Both the position numbers and the translations under genes were made by a program. The notes below the pieces were generated by a model. The model saw only the letters and a program-made list of their open reading frames with translations. It did not search any database and was not told the origin of the DNA. From Candidatus Krumholzibacteriota bacterium (GTDB lineage: Bacteria > Krumholzibacteriota > Krumholzibacteriia > JAJRXK01), in the NCBI GenBank assembly GCA_963764625.1, contig CAVXTH010000006.1, positions 128,001-192,000 on the forward strand: a DNA stretch of 64,000 nt. The letters run 5' to 3'. Of this stretch, positions 18,849-27,944 are shown in pieces (the stretch's first letter is position 1; each line of letters opens with the position of its first letter).

Positions 18849-20876
18849 ATGAACGCTCTCTCACTCATGGCCGCTCTCCTGCTGTTGAGTGTGGGCCTTC
18901 GTGTCGCCCGGGCGGACGACGAGCTCGACTATGGGCTCGAACAGAGACTGGTCGCCTCGATCACCATCGACGGCGCGGAGAGTTTCGAGGACAGCCGCAT
19001 CAAGGACCTCCTGCCCTTCGGCGAACCGCACTGGTACATGCTCCTGAGCTCTCCTCACTACACCGAGGATCTCCTGCTGCTCGGTGTCGATGCCGTGCGC
19101 AGCTTCTATCGCGCGCAGGGGTTTCACTCCGTCACCGTGGATGGCGAAGCGACGGACCGTGATTCGCGCCACGGTGACAAGATCGCGATTCACATCGTGG
19201 AAGGCCCGCGAACGCTCATCTCCAGCATTCGATTCACTGGCAATTCGCCACTGGACGAAGACGAGCTGAGCTCGCGCCTGGTGCATCCAGCCGGTAGCCC
19301 GGCGCCCTTCGTGAAGTCCGCCTACGGTCGCGACGTCTACGCGCTGCGCTCGGCGCACTTGGCCCGAGGCTTTCTCGGCACCAAGATCCAGTTCGACATG
19401 GACGAAAACGAAGATAAGGTCGCACTCACCTTCCACATCGATACCGGGCCCGCCTACCACATCGAGCGAATCGACGTGGAGGGGAACAGAGAGGTGAGGG
19501 GAGAGCTGATTCGCCGCGAGTTCCGGTTTGCGCCGGGCGACATCTTCGATCTGGAGAAGATCGTGCGAACTGAATCGGATTTGCTGGAAACCGGGTGGTT
19601 TCGCGACGTCGGGTTCACTCCGGTCGACTTGGACACTCTGGCCAGCACCTGTGCCCTGAACCTTCACGTGGTGGAAAGGAACAGCGGCTACTACGAAGTC
19701 GGTGTCGGCGCGGGCGACAATTCTCAACTCAGGCTCACCGCCGCCTGGGGTGACCGGAATTTCTTCCGCAGCGGCAAGGGGCTCAACGCGAGAGTTCGGC
19801 TCCTGTGGGGTCTGGAGGACATACTCGACATCGACCGGCGCATCGTATTCGACCACCGGGAAGAGCTCAACTACGTGCACCGAAGGCTCTTCGGAAGCCG
19901 CTACACGATGACGCTCAGCGGCTTCTTCGACCGGCAGAGCAGAGGCTCCTCGGGAGTCGCGGTGGAGAAACTGGGTCTGCTGGGGAGCACGACCCTGTGG
20001 CGGTACCGGGCACGCAGTCTCGAGCTGGAGCTCTCCCACGAACGCGTACGCAAAGTCCTGCTGTCGCAGGTGAAGGATCTGAGCCCCGCGGACGGAGTTC
20101 TCCCGCAGGTCCAGACCGGGAATTCCACCACGAATTCAGTTCTTCTGCTCTACACCCGGGACACCCGCAACAGTCTGTTCGAGCCCAGCGATGGAAGTCT
20201 GCGTCAGATTCTATGGCAGACCGCCGGTGGCCCCGTCTTCGCCGGCGACAACTCCTTCCACAAAGCGGTCGCCACCTGGGCCGGATTTTTCGGCCATGAA
20301 GACGGAAGCGTGCTGGCCCTGCGCATGCAGGCGGGCTGGGCCACGCCATGGTACAAGAGCGGCGGCAAAGGGGTCCTCGGCGTTCCTTTGGAAAACCGGT
20401 TCTTCGCCGGCGGTCAGCGCAGCGTACGCGGCTATCGGGAAAACAGTCTGGGGCCCAGGCTCACGCAGCAGGACCAAGAACTGGTCCTGGACGATCGCTT
20501 TCTTCTGAATCACCCGGCCGCGGGCGGAGAAGCATTGCTGGTGCTCAACGCGGAGCTGCGATTGCCCTTCCCTCTGCTTTCGCGTTGGGGCTTCGGACTG
20601 ATCCTCTTTGCCGACGGTGGAAACGTCTGGGAAGACTGGTCGAAGGTGAAGTGGAAGGATTTTCGTCTCGCCTCCGATCCCGAGGGCAGCAGCCCCACCA
20701 CGATCTACGACTTTCGCACTGGAGTGGGATTCGGTTTCTTGTATCACACACCGGTCGGTCCGCTTCGTCTGGAATACGGCCTTCCGCAAAAGCGGGTCAA
20801 ACTGGTCGGCGAAGATGGGTCCACCGAGATCGACCCGCAGCATATCTGGCACTTCAGTCTAGGATTCGCGTTCTAA
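18849..20876 (+). CDS. tamA: Omp85 family outer membrane protein, TamA-like (about 3 POTRA domains plus barrel)
   Basis: Signal peptide, POTRA-like repeats, RFFAGG..SVRGY, TPVGPLRLEYG and C-terminal FSLGFAF. Lies directly upstream of tamB. Confidence 0.85.
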   Translation: MNALSLMAALLLLSVGLRVARADDELDYGLEQRLVASITIDGAESFEDSRIKDLLPFGEPHWYMLLSSPHYTEDLLLLGVDAVRSFYRAQGFHSVTVDGEATDRDSRHGDKIAIHIVEGPRTLISSIRFTGNSPLDEDELSSRLVHPAGSPAPFVKSAYGRDVYALRSAHLARGFLGTKIQFDMDENEDKVALTFHIDTGPAYHIERIDVEGNREVRGELIRREFRFAPGDIFDLEKIVRTESDLLETGWFRDVGFTPVDLDTLASTCALNLHVVERNSGYYEVGVGAGDNSQLRLTAAWGDRNFFRSGKGLNARVRLLWGLEDILDIDRRIVFDHREELNYVHRRLFGSRYTMTLSGFFDRQSRGSSGVAVEKLGLLGSTTLWRYRARSLELELSHERVRKVLLSQVKDLSPADGVLPQVQTGNSTTNSVLLLYTRDTRNSLFEPSDGSLRQILWQTAGGPVFAGDNSFHKAVATWAGFFGHEDGSVLALRMQAGWATPWYKSGGKGVLGVPLENRFFAGGQRSVRGYRENSLGPRLTQQDQELVLDDRFLLNHPAAGGEALLVLNAELRLPFPLLSRWGFGLILFADGGNVWEDWSKVKWKDFRLASDPEGSSPTTIYDFRTGVGFGFLYHTPVGPLRLEYGLPQKRVKLVGEDGSTEIDPQHIWHFSLGFAF

Positions 20877-20880
20877 GACC

Positions 20881-23800
20881 ATGTGGGTGAAGACGACACG
20901 GATCACTCTCCTCGTGGCGCTGTTGATCGCGGTGACGGTATTGTCATGGCTGGCCGCGCACCCCAGGCTCTACGCTGGCCACGTTTCCCGGGTCATCACC
21001 CAGAATCTCCTTGGTCAGACCGGCGCCTCCTTTCGCTACGAAAGCCTCGAGGGGAACGTCCTGGGGGGGGACCTACGTCTTTTCGGCGTCGACCTGAGCT
21101 GGCAGGGGTTGGACGGTAGCTTCGCCTACCTGCGGGCGGACACGCTGGAGGTTTCGTACGACCTGACCGATCTGTTCAAGGGCCGCGTGCACTTGTACCG
21201 TCTGGCCATGTTGTCGGCTCATGGCATGATTCGGCGTCGCGAGTTGAGCGAGCCGATGCAGAAGCACCAGCGTTCCGGTCCCGGTTTCCCCACCCTTGCC
21301 ATCGAAGAGGGAATTCTGCGTGGACTCGAACTCCGCATCATCCAAAGCGATGGCACCGAAGACCGACTTGAAAACCTGAGCTGGTGGGGGAGCGTGCGGA
21401 CACGGGACAAGAAACTCGTAGTGGATACCCGTGCGCTCGGCGGGGGCTGGCCCCAGAGGAACCTGTACCTGAAGTCGGTGTGGGGACGCACAGAGGTTTC
21501 CTCGACCGGTATCATGGTGGCGAATCTACGCGTCGCTTCCGACTCCACCCGAGTTCAACTCAACGGAACCTGGAATAAAGAGGATGGTCTCGATGTGCAA
21601 GTCGAGGCGGAGAGCTTGTGTCTGAGTGAGTTCCTGGAAGCTCTGGGGAAGCCTAGTCCGATCCTGGCGGACTTCGCGGGAACTGCGAGGGTCGAAGGTT
21701 TCTCCCCCTTCGAGCTGAGCGGCAAGCTCTCCGGAGTGATCGACCACTACACCTTTTCCGACACCGATTTCGCCCTTACGGTCGATGGATCGGATCTACA
21801 GCTCAGCCGAGCGAGCGGCCTCATCTTCGGTTCCCCGGCCAAGCTGCATGGCACCGTCGATACCAGTACCGGCGACCTATACCTGAGCGGTGAAGTCGAA
21901 AACCTCGACTTGAGCCAACCCTGGACCATCGATGACACCCAATGGCCGAGCTCGGACCTGAGCGGGGACATCGATCTGAGCGTCGCGACGAAGGCTCCGG
22001 TGCGTGTCGACCTGAAGGCCAGCGGGGTAAGAGGGCGAATCGAGGAGCTGCCGGTTGACTCCCTGAGCGGCCGGGTCCATTTCCAAGAGGAGCACGGCAC
22101 GCGGTTCGAGGGAATTCGTGTCCTCACTCACGGCACCTGGATCGCGGGTTCCGCCACTCTCGACTCGCTCAACGTCCTGGATTTTCCCTTTACCGCCCGT
22201 GCTAATGATCTCTCCTCCTGGCGCACCGCCTACCAGCTCCCCTGGGACCATGCGGGGAGCCTGCAGGCCACAGGTACGTTCTTCGGACCCATCGACGCGC
22301 CCACCCTTCAGATCGATGGCGCGCTCGACTCCCTCTCTGGCTTTCGTATGCAGGCAAACAAGCTGCATGGGAGCTTCAAGATCAGCCCCTGGAACGATCT
22401 CGAGACCGTCGACGGACAGATCGAGGCGGCTGATTTCTTCATTGGGGGCGTACGTCTGGGAACCCTGAGGAGCCAATTTCAGCGCCGCTTTCCGATCGTC
22501 GAGGTGCCGCAGCTCGAAGTGGCCGACGGAGATTCCATCCTGAGCTTGAAGGGGAAGGTGGAGGAGAAAGGGAACCGCGCGCTTGTTTCGATCGAGTCGG
22601 CGAGCTTCGACCTGGGCCCGCGGAAATGGACCCTGGCCGAGCCGGGTGAACTCGAGCTCGGAAAGGGCTGGGTGCGCAGCCACGGGCTGAGTGTCCGCTC
22701 CGCCTCGGGAGGCTGGACGGTTCGTGGGGGGGTGGACAGCCTGGGAGTCATGGATCTCCGCGTCGATCTGATGGAGGGCGATCTGGAACTCCTTCCCCAT
22801 CTGGGCCTGGGACCGAGCGATCTGGAGGGCACACTCAACGGCCGCGTGATCGTGGGAGGAAAGCGCGAGAATCCCGAGCTGCACATCGACCTTCGCGGGA
22901 ACCAGCTCAGAGGGTTCGGGCGGCGCCTCGATCGCCTGCGGCTTCTCACTTCCATTTACGGTTCGAAAGTCTCGGTGGATTCGCTTCAGGTGCATTCTCC
23001 GCAGGGGAATCTCTCCCTCACCGGTTCGCTCGATCTGCTACGCGACGACGCGTTGCATTGGCTGGCCAAGCACCCCAAGAGCTGGCGCGAATTCCTGGCC
23101 CCGGCACAACCAAATCTGCAGCTTTCGTGTCAAGATCTGAACAGCCGTTACTGGATGGATCCTCAGGCCAAGGACGAGGATTTCGGCCGTGCCACGGCGG
23201 GACTCTCGATTCGAGGAACGCTCCAGAAGCCGCTAATCCAGGGCGAAACCGAAATCGCCAATCTGGTCACCGGCGGAGGTTCGCTCGTTTTTCCCGCCCT
23301 CCGGTCCCGGGTCGAGTCAGATGGGGAGGATTTGAAGCTCAGCCAGGGAATCATCCTCACCCCGGATCCCTGGCTCCGTTTCAGCGCGAGTCTTCCGCTG
23401 AAACTCTCGGCTGTCGAGGCGCCACAGTGGGGTGGCTCGAAGGGAGCCGAGGTGGAATTGACCTCCGACGGCGAGGTGGAGTTACGGCGCTTGGGGCCCA
23501 TCCTGCCCATGTTGAGCGAGATTTCCGGAAAGGCGGAGCTGCTGTATCGCGCACGCGGTTCGATGGATCATCCCAAGATCGAGGGTTACCTGCGGGTGCA
23601 CGACGGCATCGCGCAGTTGGAAGGCAGCCTAGAGCGGCTTCGCGATGTCGAGATCGATGCTCCCATTCAAGACGGAGTGATGCAAATCCAGAAATTCACC
23701 GCGCGAGAAGGCTTGAAAGGTACGGTGAACGCGACGGGAGAGGTCGACTTCGACGGACTTCTTCCCGATGACATTCAGATGGACATCTCCGCCGATCGAT

Positions 23801-24747
23801 TCCTCTTCGCATCCATCCTCCACCTTCGCGCCCTGCTGCGCAGCGACGATCTCCACATGAGCCTCAAGAGACCGGCGCCCCATCTCGCTCGCAGGCCTTA
23901 TTTCAGCGGGACGATCGACGTCATCAGGGCCCGCTACACCGGAGAATTCGACAACAAGGCCGGGGGAGAGGCGCTCGGCGCAACGACCACCCCTTCGTGG
24001 CTCGCCAATCTCCACCTTCGGGCGCCGCGCACCGCGAGAGTGCAGAATCGCACTGCTGAACTGCTGCTCGACGGTGACGGTGATCTGGTGCGCGATCTCG
24101 ACGGTCTGCACTTCTACGGGCAAGTCGAGATCCCCCAAGGGCGCGTACCCATCTTCAACAACGACTTCAACATAGAGCGGGGGACCCTCGACTACAGCCG
24201 GGCCCGCGGTCTGGTCCCTTCGGTCGACATCGTGGCCAAGACCCGGGTGCGAGATTTTCGTTACGAGGGGAGTACTAGCGCGGAGTTGGAGGAGATCACC
24301 GTATATTTGACCGGGACGTTCACGAACTTGCACACGCGTTTCGAGAGCGCGAGCGGCTACGATGAGGAGCGCATCATCCGGCTCTTGGCCGGGATCAGCG
24401 AACAGCCGGGAGGCAGTGCGTTGGCCGATACCGGATTCAAGGCCGGTTTGAACTTCATCGAGAGGTCGATCGCGGCGGAGATCCACGGGATCGACACCCT
24501 GGACATCGAGACGGAATCGGCCTCGATCTCCGAAGCGCAGCGGATGCGGGTGGCGGTGGGGAAATATCTATCCCCCGATCTCTATCTCCGGTACAGCCAG
24601 GGTGTTTCCATCACGGAGCGGGCTTTGTTTCTTGAGTACCAGATGAACCGTCGCTTGCGACTCTCTTCGGAGTTCGGTACCGGTCTGCAGAGCGGGGCTC
24701 CGACGACTACCTTCAACGTGGACTTGAAGTACCGGGTCGAGTACTGA
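20881..24747 (+). CDS. tamB: translocation and assembly module TamB (AsmA-like, DUF490 C-terminus)
   Basis: N-terminal anchor, 1288 aa of beta-rich sequence, C-terminal VGKYLSPDLYLRY...DLKYRVEY. Confidence 0.85.
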   Translation: MWVKTTRITLLVALLIAVTVLSWLAAHPRLYAGHVSRVITQNLLGQTGASFRYESLEGNVLGGDLRLFGVDLSWQGLDGSFAYLRADTLEVSYDLTDLFKGRVHLYRLAMLSAHGMIRRRELSEPMQKHQRSGPGFPTLAIEEGILRGLELRIIQSDGTEDRLENLSWWGSVRTRDKKLVVDTRALGGGWPQRNLYLKSVWGRTEVSSTGIMVANLRVASDSTRVQLNGTWNKEDGLDVQVEAESLCLSEFLEALGKPSPILADFAGTARVEGFSPFELSGKLSGVIDHYTFSDTDFALTVDGSDLQLSRASGLIFGSPAKLHGTVDTSTGDLYLSGEVENLDLSQPWTIDDTQWPSSDLSGDIDLSVATKAPVRVDLKASGVRGRIEELPVDSLSGRVHFQEEHGTRFEGIRVLTHGTWIAGSATLDSLNVLDFPFTARANDLSSWRTAYQLPWDHAGSLQATGTFFGPIDAPTLQIDGALDSLSGFRMQANKLHGSFKISPWNDLETVDGQIEAADFFIGGVRLGTLRSQFQRRFPIVEVPQLEVADGDSILSLKGKVEEKGNRALVSIESASFDLGPRKWTLAEPGELELGKGWVRSHGLSVRSASGGWTVRGGVDSLGVMDLRVDLMEGDLELLPHLGLGPSDLEGTLNGRVIVGGKRENPELHIDLRGNQLRGFGRRLDRLRLLTSIYGSKVSVDSLQVHSPQGNLSLTGSLDLLRDDALHWLAKHPKSWREFLAPAQPNLQLSCQDLNSRYWMDPQAKDEDFGRATAGLSIRGTLQKPLIQGETEIANLVTGGGSLVFPALRSRVESDGEDLKLSQGIILTPDPWLRFSASLPLKLSAVEAPQWGGSKGAEVELTSDGEVELRRLGPILPMLSEISGKAELLYRARGSMDHPKIEGYLRVHDGIAQLEGSLERLRDVEIDAPIQDGVMQIQKFTAREGLKGTVNATGEVDFDGLLPDDIQMDISADRFLFASILHLRALLRSDDLHMSLKRPAPHLARRPYFSGTIDVIRARYTGEFDNKAGGEALGATTTPSWLANLHLRAPRTARVQNRTAELLLDGDGDLVRDLDGLHFYGQVEIPQGRVPIFNNDFNIERGTLDYSRARGLVPSVDIVAKTRVRDFRYEGSTSAELEEITVYLTGTFTNLHTRFESASGYDEERIIRLLAGISEQPGGSALADTGFKAGLNFIERSIAAEIHGIDTLDIETESASISEAQRMRVAVGKYLSPDLYLRYSQGVSITERALFLEYQMNRRLRLSSEFGTGLQSGAPTTTFNVDLKYRVEY

Positions 24748-24780
24748 TGAGCAGACACCCCTTCAGGATTCCTCGATAGA

Positions 24781-27700
24781 ATGAGAACGCATATTCGTTC
24801 GGCAATTAAGGTCATGCTGGCTTCGGCCGGACTGCTCGCGCTCCTTTCGGGCGCCGCCCTCGCGCGCAACAAAGTGCAATACGACAACTTCCACTGGCAG
24901 GTTCTGAGTACCCCGCACTTCGAGATCTTCTTCTACAAGGGAGAGGAGACTCTGGCCGCGAGGGCCTCGGTCATCGCCGAAGATGCCTACGTCCGGCTCA
25001 GTGGGGTCTTCAAGCACGATTTCCAAAAGCAAATCCCCTTCATCCTCTATGCATCCCCCAACGACTTTCAACAGACCAACATCAGCGACGAGCTCATCGG
25101 CGAATCCACCGGAGGCTTCTCCGAGCCGCTCCGCAATCGCGTGGTGCTTCCCTATCCCGGCGACAACGAGGCGTTCGTGCACGTGATCAACCACGAGCTG
25201 GTTCACGTCTTCATGTTCGATCTGGCCTACAAGAGCACCGCCTCGGGTGCCGCGCGCCGTGCCCTCTTTCCGATCGACCTCTGGTTTGCCGAGGGAGCGG
25301 CCGAGTATTTCTCTACTGCGGACGGATGGGACAAGACCACCGACATGTGGATGCGCGATGCGACCATCTACGACTGGATCGCTCCGCTGGACAAGATCTA
25401 CTCCGGCTATCAGGTCTACCGGGAAGGGCAGGCGGCGCTGCGCTACTTGGGCTTGACCTACGGCCACGAAAAAGTCGTCGAGTTCTTCAAGGAGGTGGGG
25501 AAGGTACGCAACGTGGACCGGGCGCTGGAGATGAGCATTGGGCTCAACACGAAGGATTTCTCGGCCGAATGGGAGAAGTGGCTCAAGCACAGCTACTGGC
25601 CCGTCTATCAGGACAAGAAAGAGGCCTCGAGAATCGGCCGCCGCATGACCGACCACGCGAAGGATCACTACTATTTCGCGCAACAGCCGGCGATCTCGCC
25701 CGACGGAAATGTCATCGCCTTTTTCAGCGATCGAGAGGGCTTCGTGAAGCTCTTTCTGATGGACGTGGCCGACAAGACCATTCTCTCCACTCTGGCCACC
25801 GGGTACCGCAGCGACCGTTTCCTGAGTTTTCATTCCTACGACAGCGGAATCAGCTTCGATCCCCAAGGTCACCGTCTGGCGGTGGTGGCCAAGAGTGGGG
25901 GGCGTGAAACTCTCTACATCCTACGCGTGCCAGACGGCAAGATCCTCCAGCACATCAAACTTCCAGTGGACATCGCGCGGAGTCCGTCCTGGTCACCCAC
26001 AGAGAACCAGGTCGTGGTGGTGGGAAGTAAGGATGGCAACACCGATCTCTTGCTGGTGGACTTGAAGACGGAAGCGGTCACGAAGCTCACACGGGACCTC
26101 TCCAGCGAGTTCTCTCCTTCGTGGATGCCCGACGGCAAGAGCATCGTCTACTCCGCCTCTCCCAATCCGGTGATCGATGTCGGAATTCAAAAGGACACCG
26201 ATGGAGGGGAGCGCATGACGAGGGTGGATTTCTCCAACACCCAAAACGTCGAGCAAATGGAAACCAGCCGTGACCTCTATCTCTTGGACCTCAAGACCGC
26301 TAAGAGAAGCAGGCTTCTGTCCACTCCAGGGGACGACTCGGCGCCGGTCGCGGTGGATGACGAAAGCGTCGTCTTCGTGAGTGATGCGAGCGGAATTTCC
26401 AATCTCTATCACTACAATCTGCGGACGAAGGAGCTGCATCGTTTCACCGACGTGCTGACGGGCATTTTCCAGCCTTCCCTCAGCCGCCAGGCAGGCCGTC
26501 TGGCCTTCACCGCATTTTCCAACGGCGGTTACGACATTTTCGAACTGGAGAATCTCTCGCAGTATGTGAAGGAACACTCCTATCCCGACCCGGTGCCGCC
26601 GCCGCCGGTGGACGAAGACCGGCTGAGTCTTGCTGCGAACACCGAGCCGGATAGTACGGCCACCAACCCTCCTTTGACGGTGAGAGACCTACTCTCTGGC
26701 GAATCGGTTCCCGCCGAGGAGCCCGAAGCGCCGGCGCCACAAGAGCCCGAGGGCACAAAGGAGAACGGAGGCGAGGAAAAGCCGGCGAATCTTGGGGACA
26801 AACCGGCGGGGACGATCACCAAGTACAAGCCGCGTTTCAGCCTCGATCCCCTGGGGAGTGGGAGCATCGGCGGAGTCTACTACTCCTCCGGGCTTGGACT
26901 CGGCTTCGCCAACATCATCAGTCTGAGCGACCTTTTGGGGAACCACCGCATCCAGTTTTTGGTGAACTTCTACGGTTCGCTCAAAGACAGCGACCTGGCC
27001 GCGAGCTACTACTATCTGAAACGGCGGGTGAATCTCGGCTTCGGCGTATTCCACTACAAGAATTTCTTCAACAGCAACTTCACCACTCTCGGGGAAGTCT
27101 TCGATCGGAGCCGGCTCTTCAGCGAGCGAAACTACGGGTTCTTCGGGCTGGCCAGCCGACCGTTCTCCACCTTCAACCGTCTTGATTTCGAGGTGCAGGC
27201 CTTCGTGGCGGATCGAACTTTCTACGAATTGGATACGTTGAGCGGCTACTATTTCGAGACCTCGCATACCAAGGCGCAACTCATCCAACCCAGCCTCTCC
27301 CTCATCCACGATTCGGCGTTCTACGGACCCAATGGCCCGCTCACTGGCAGCCGTTGGACTCTCAATTTCTCGCCCGCCTTGCCAATCGGGCGCGATGGCC
27401 TCGATCGGGTGACCGGCTTCGGGGACTATCGCAAGTACATTCACTTCGGCCGGGGCAACGCCATCGCGACTCGGTTCACCGGGGCCTACAGCAACGGCAG
27501 CGATCCCAACGCCTTCGTGCTCGGGGGGCCCTACACCCTCAGGGGCTGGGATACCTTCGACTTCGAGAAGAGCGTAGAGGGCGATGATCCCCTCTACCAG
27601 AATCTCGTGGGTCGCAAGATGCTGCTCATGAACCTCGAATATCGTTTCCCCGCGATCGACGCGGTGTTCTTCGGATGGCCGGGACGGTTCGGTATCGGCG

Positions 27701-27936
27701 GAATTGGAGGGGTGGCCTTCTTCGACTTGGGCAGCGCGTTCGGCTCCGCCTTCAAACCCTTCGGGAAGACCGGTAACGGGAATTTCCGCTTCCAGGACTT
27801 CAAGGCCGACTATGGGCTTGGAATGCGCGTGAACTTCCTCGGCCTCCCCTTCAAGTTCGATTGGGCATGGAAGACTGACTTCGCCCGCACCTATGGAAAC
27901 ATGCAGTTCACCTTCTCGATAGGACCGGAGTTTTAG
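24781..27936 (+). CDS. secreted fusion: zincin (peptidase MA-like) domain, PD40/TolB-like beta-propeller and Omp85-type barrel
   Basis: Signal peptide; HELVH...WFAEGAAEY; PAISPDG, PSWSP and PSWMPDG repeats; Pro/Glu linker; LGGPYTLRGW, NLEYRFP and C-terminal FSIGPEF. Confidence 0.82.
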   Translation: MRTHIRSAIKVMLASAGLLALLSGAALARNKVQYDNFHWQVLSTPHFEIFFYKGEETLAARASVIAEDAYVRLSGVFKHDFQKQIPFILYASPNDFQQTNISDELIGESTGGFSEPLRNRVVLPYPGDNEAFVHVINHELVHVFMFDLAYKSTASGAARRALFPIDLWFAEGAAEYFSTADGWDKTTDMWMRDATIYDWIAPLDKIYSGYQVYREGQAALRYLGLTYGHEKVVEFFKEVGKVRNVDRALEMSIGLNTKDFSAEWEKWLKHSYWPVYQDKKEASRIGRRMTDHAKDHYYFAQQPAISPDGNVIAFFSDREGFVKLFLMDVADKTILSTLATGYRSDRFLSFHSYDSGISFDPQGHRLAVVAKSGGRETLYILRVPDGKILQHIKLPVDIARSPSWSPTENQVVVVGSKDGNTDLLLVDLKTEAVTKLTRDLSSEFSPSWMPDGKSIVYSASPNPVIDVGIQKDTDGGERMTRVDFSNTQNVEQMETSRDLYLLDLKTAKRSRLLSTPGDDSAPVAVDDESVVFVSDASGISNLYHYNLRTKELHRFTDVLTGIFQPSLSRQAGRLAFTAFSNGGYDIFELENLSQYVKEHSYPDPVPPPPVDEDRLSLAANTEPDSTATNPPLTVRDLLSGESVPAEEPEAPAPQEPEGTKENGGEEKPANLGDKPAGTITKYKPRFSLDPLGSGSIGGVYYSSGLGLGFANIISLSDLLGNHRIQFLVNFYGSLKDSDLAASYYYLKRRVNLGFGVFHYKNFFNSNFTTLGEVFDRSRLFSERNYGFFGLASRPFSTFNRLDFEVQAFVADRTFYELDTLSGYYFETSHTKAQLIQPSLSLIHDSAFYGPNGPLTGSRWTLNFSPALPIGRDGLDRVTGFGDYRKYIHFGRGNAIATRFTGAYSNGSDPNAFVLGGPYTLRGWDTFDFEKSVEGDDPLYQNLVGRKMLLMNLEYRFPAIDAVFFGWPGRFGIGGIGGVAFFDLGSAFGSAFKPFGKTGNGNFRFQDFKADYGLGMRVNFLGLPFKFDWAWKTDFARTYGNMQFTFSIGPEF

Positions 27937-27944
27937 TCCTTCCG

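Noticed and set aside
24763-25872. Long antisense ORFs (also 27933..29231, 50953..52320, 59056..60309, 61548..62801)
   Set aside because: Stop-poor reverse frames opposite well-supported genes, expected at this GC content, with no recognisable motifs.
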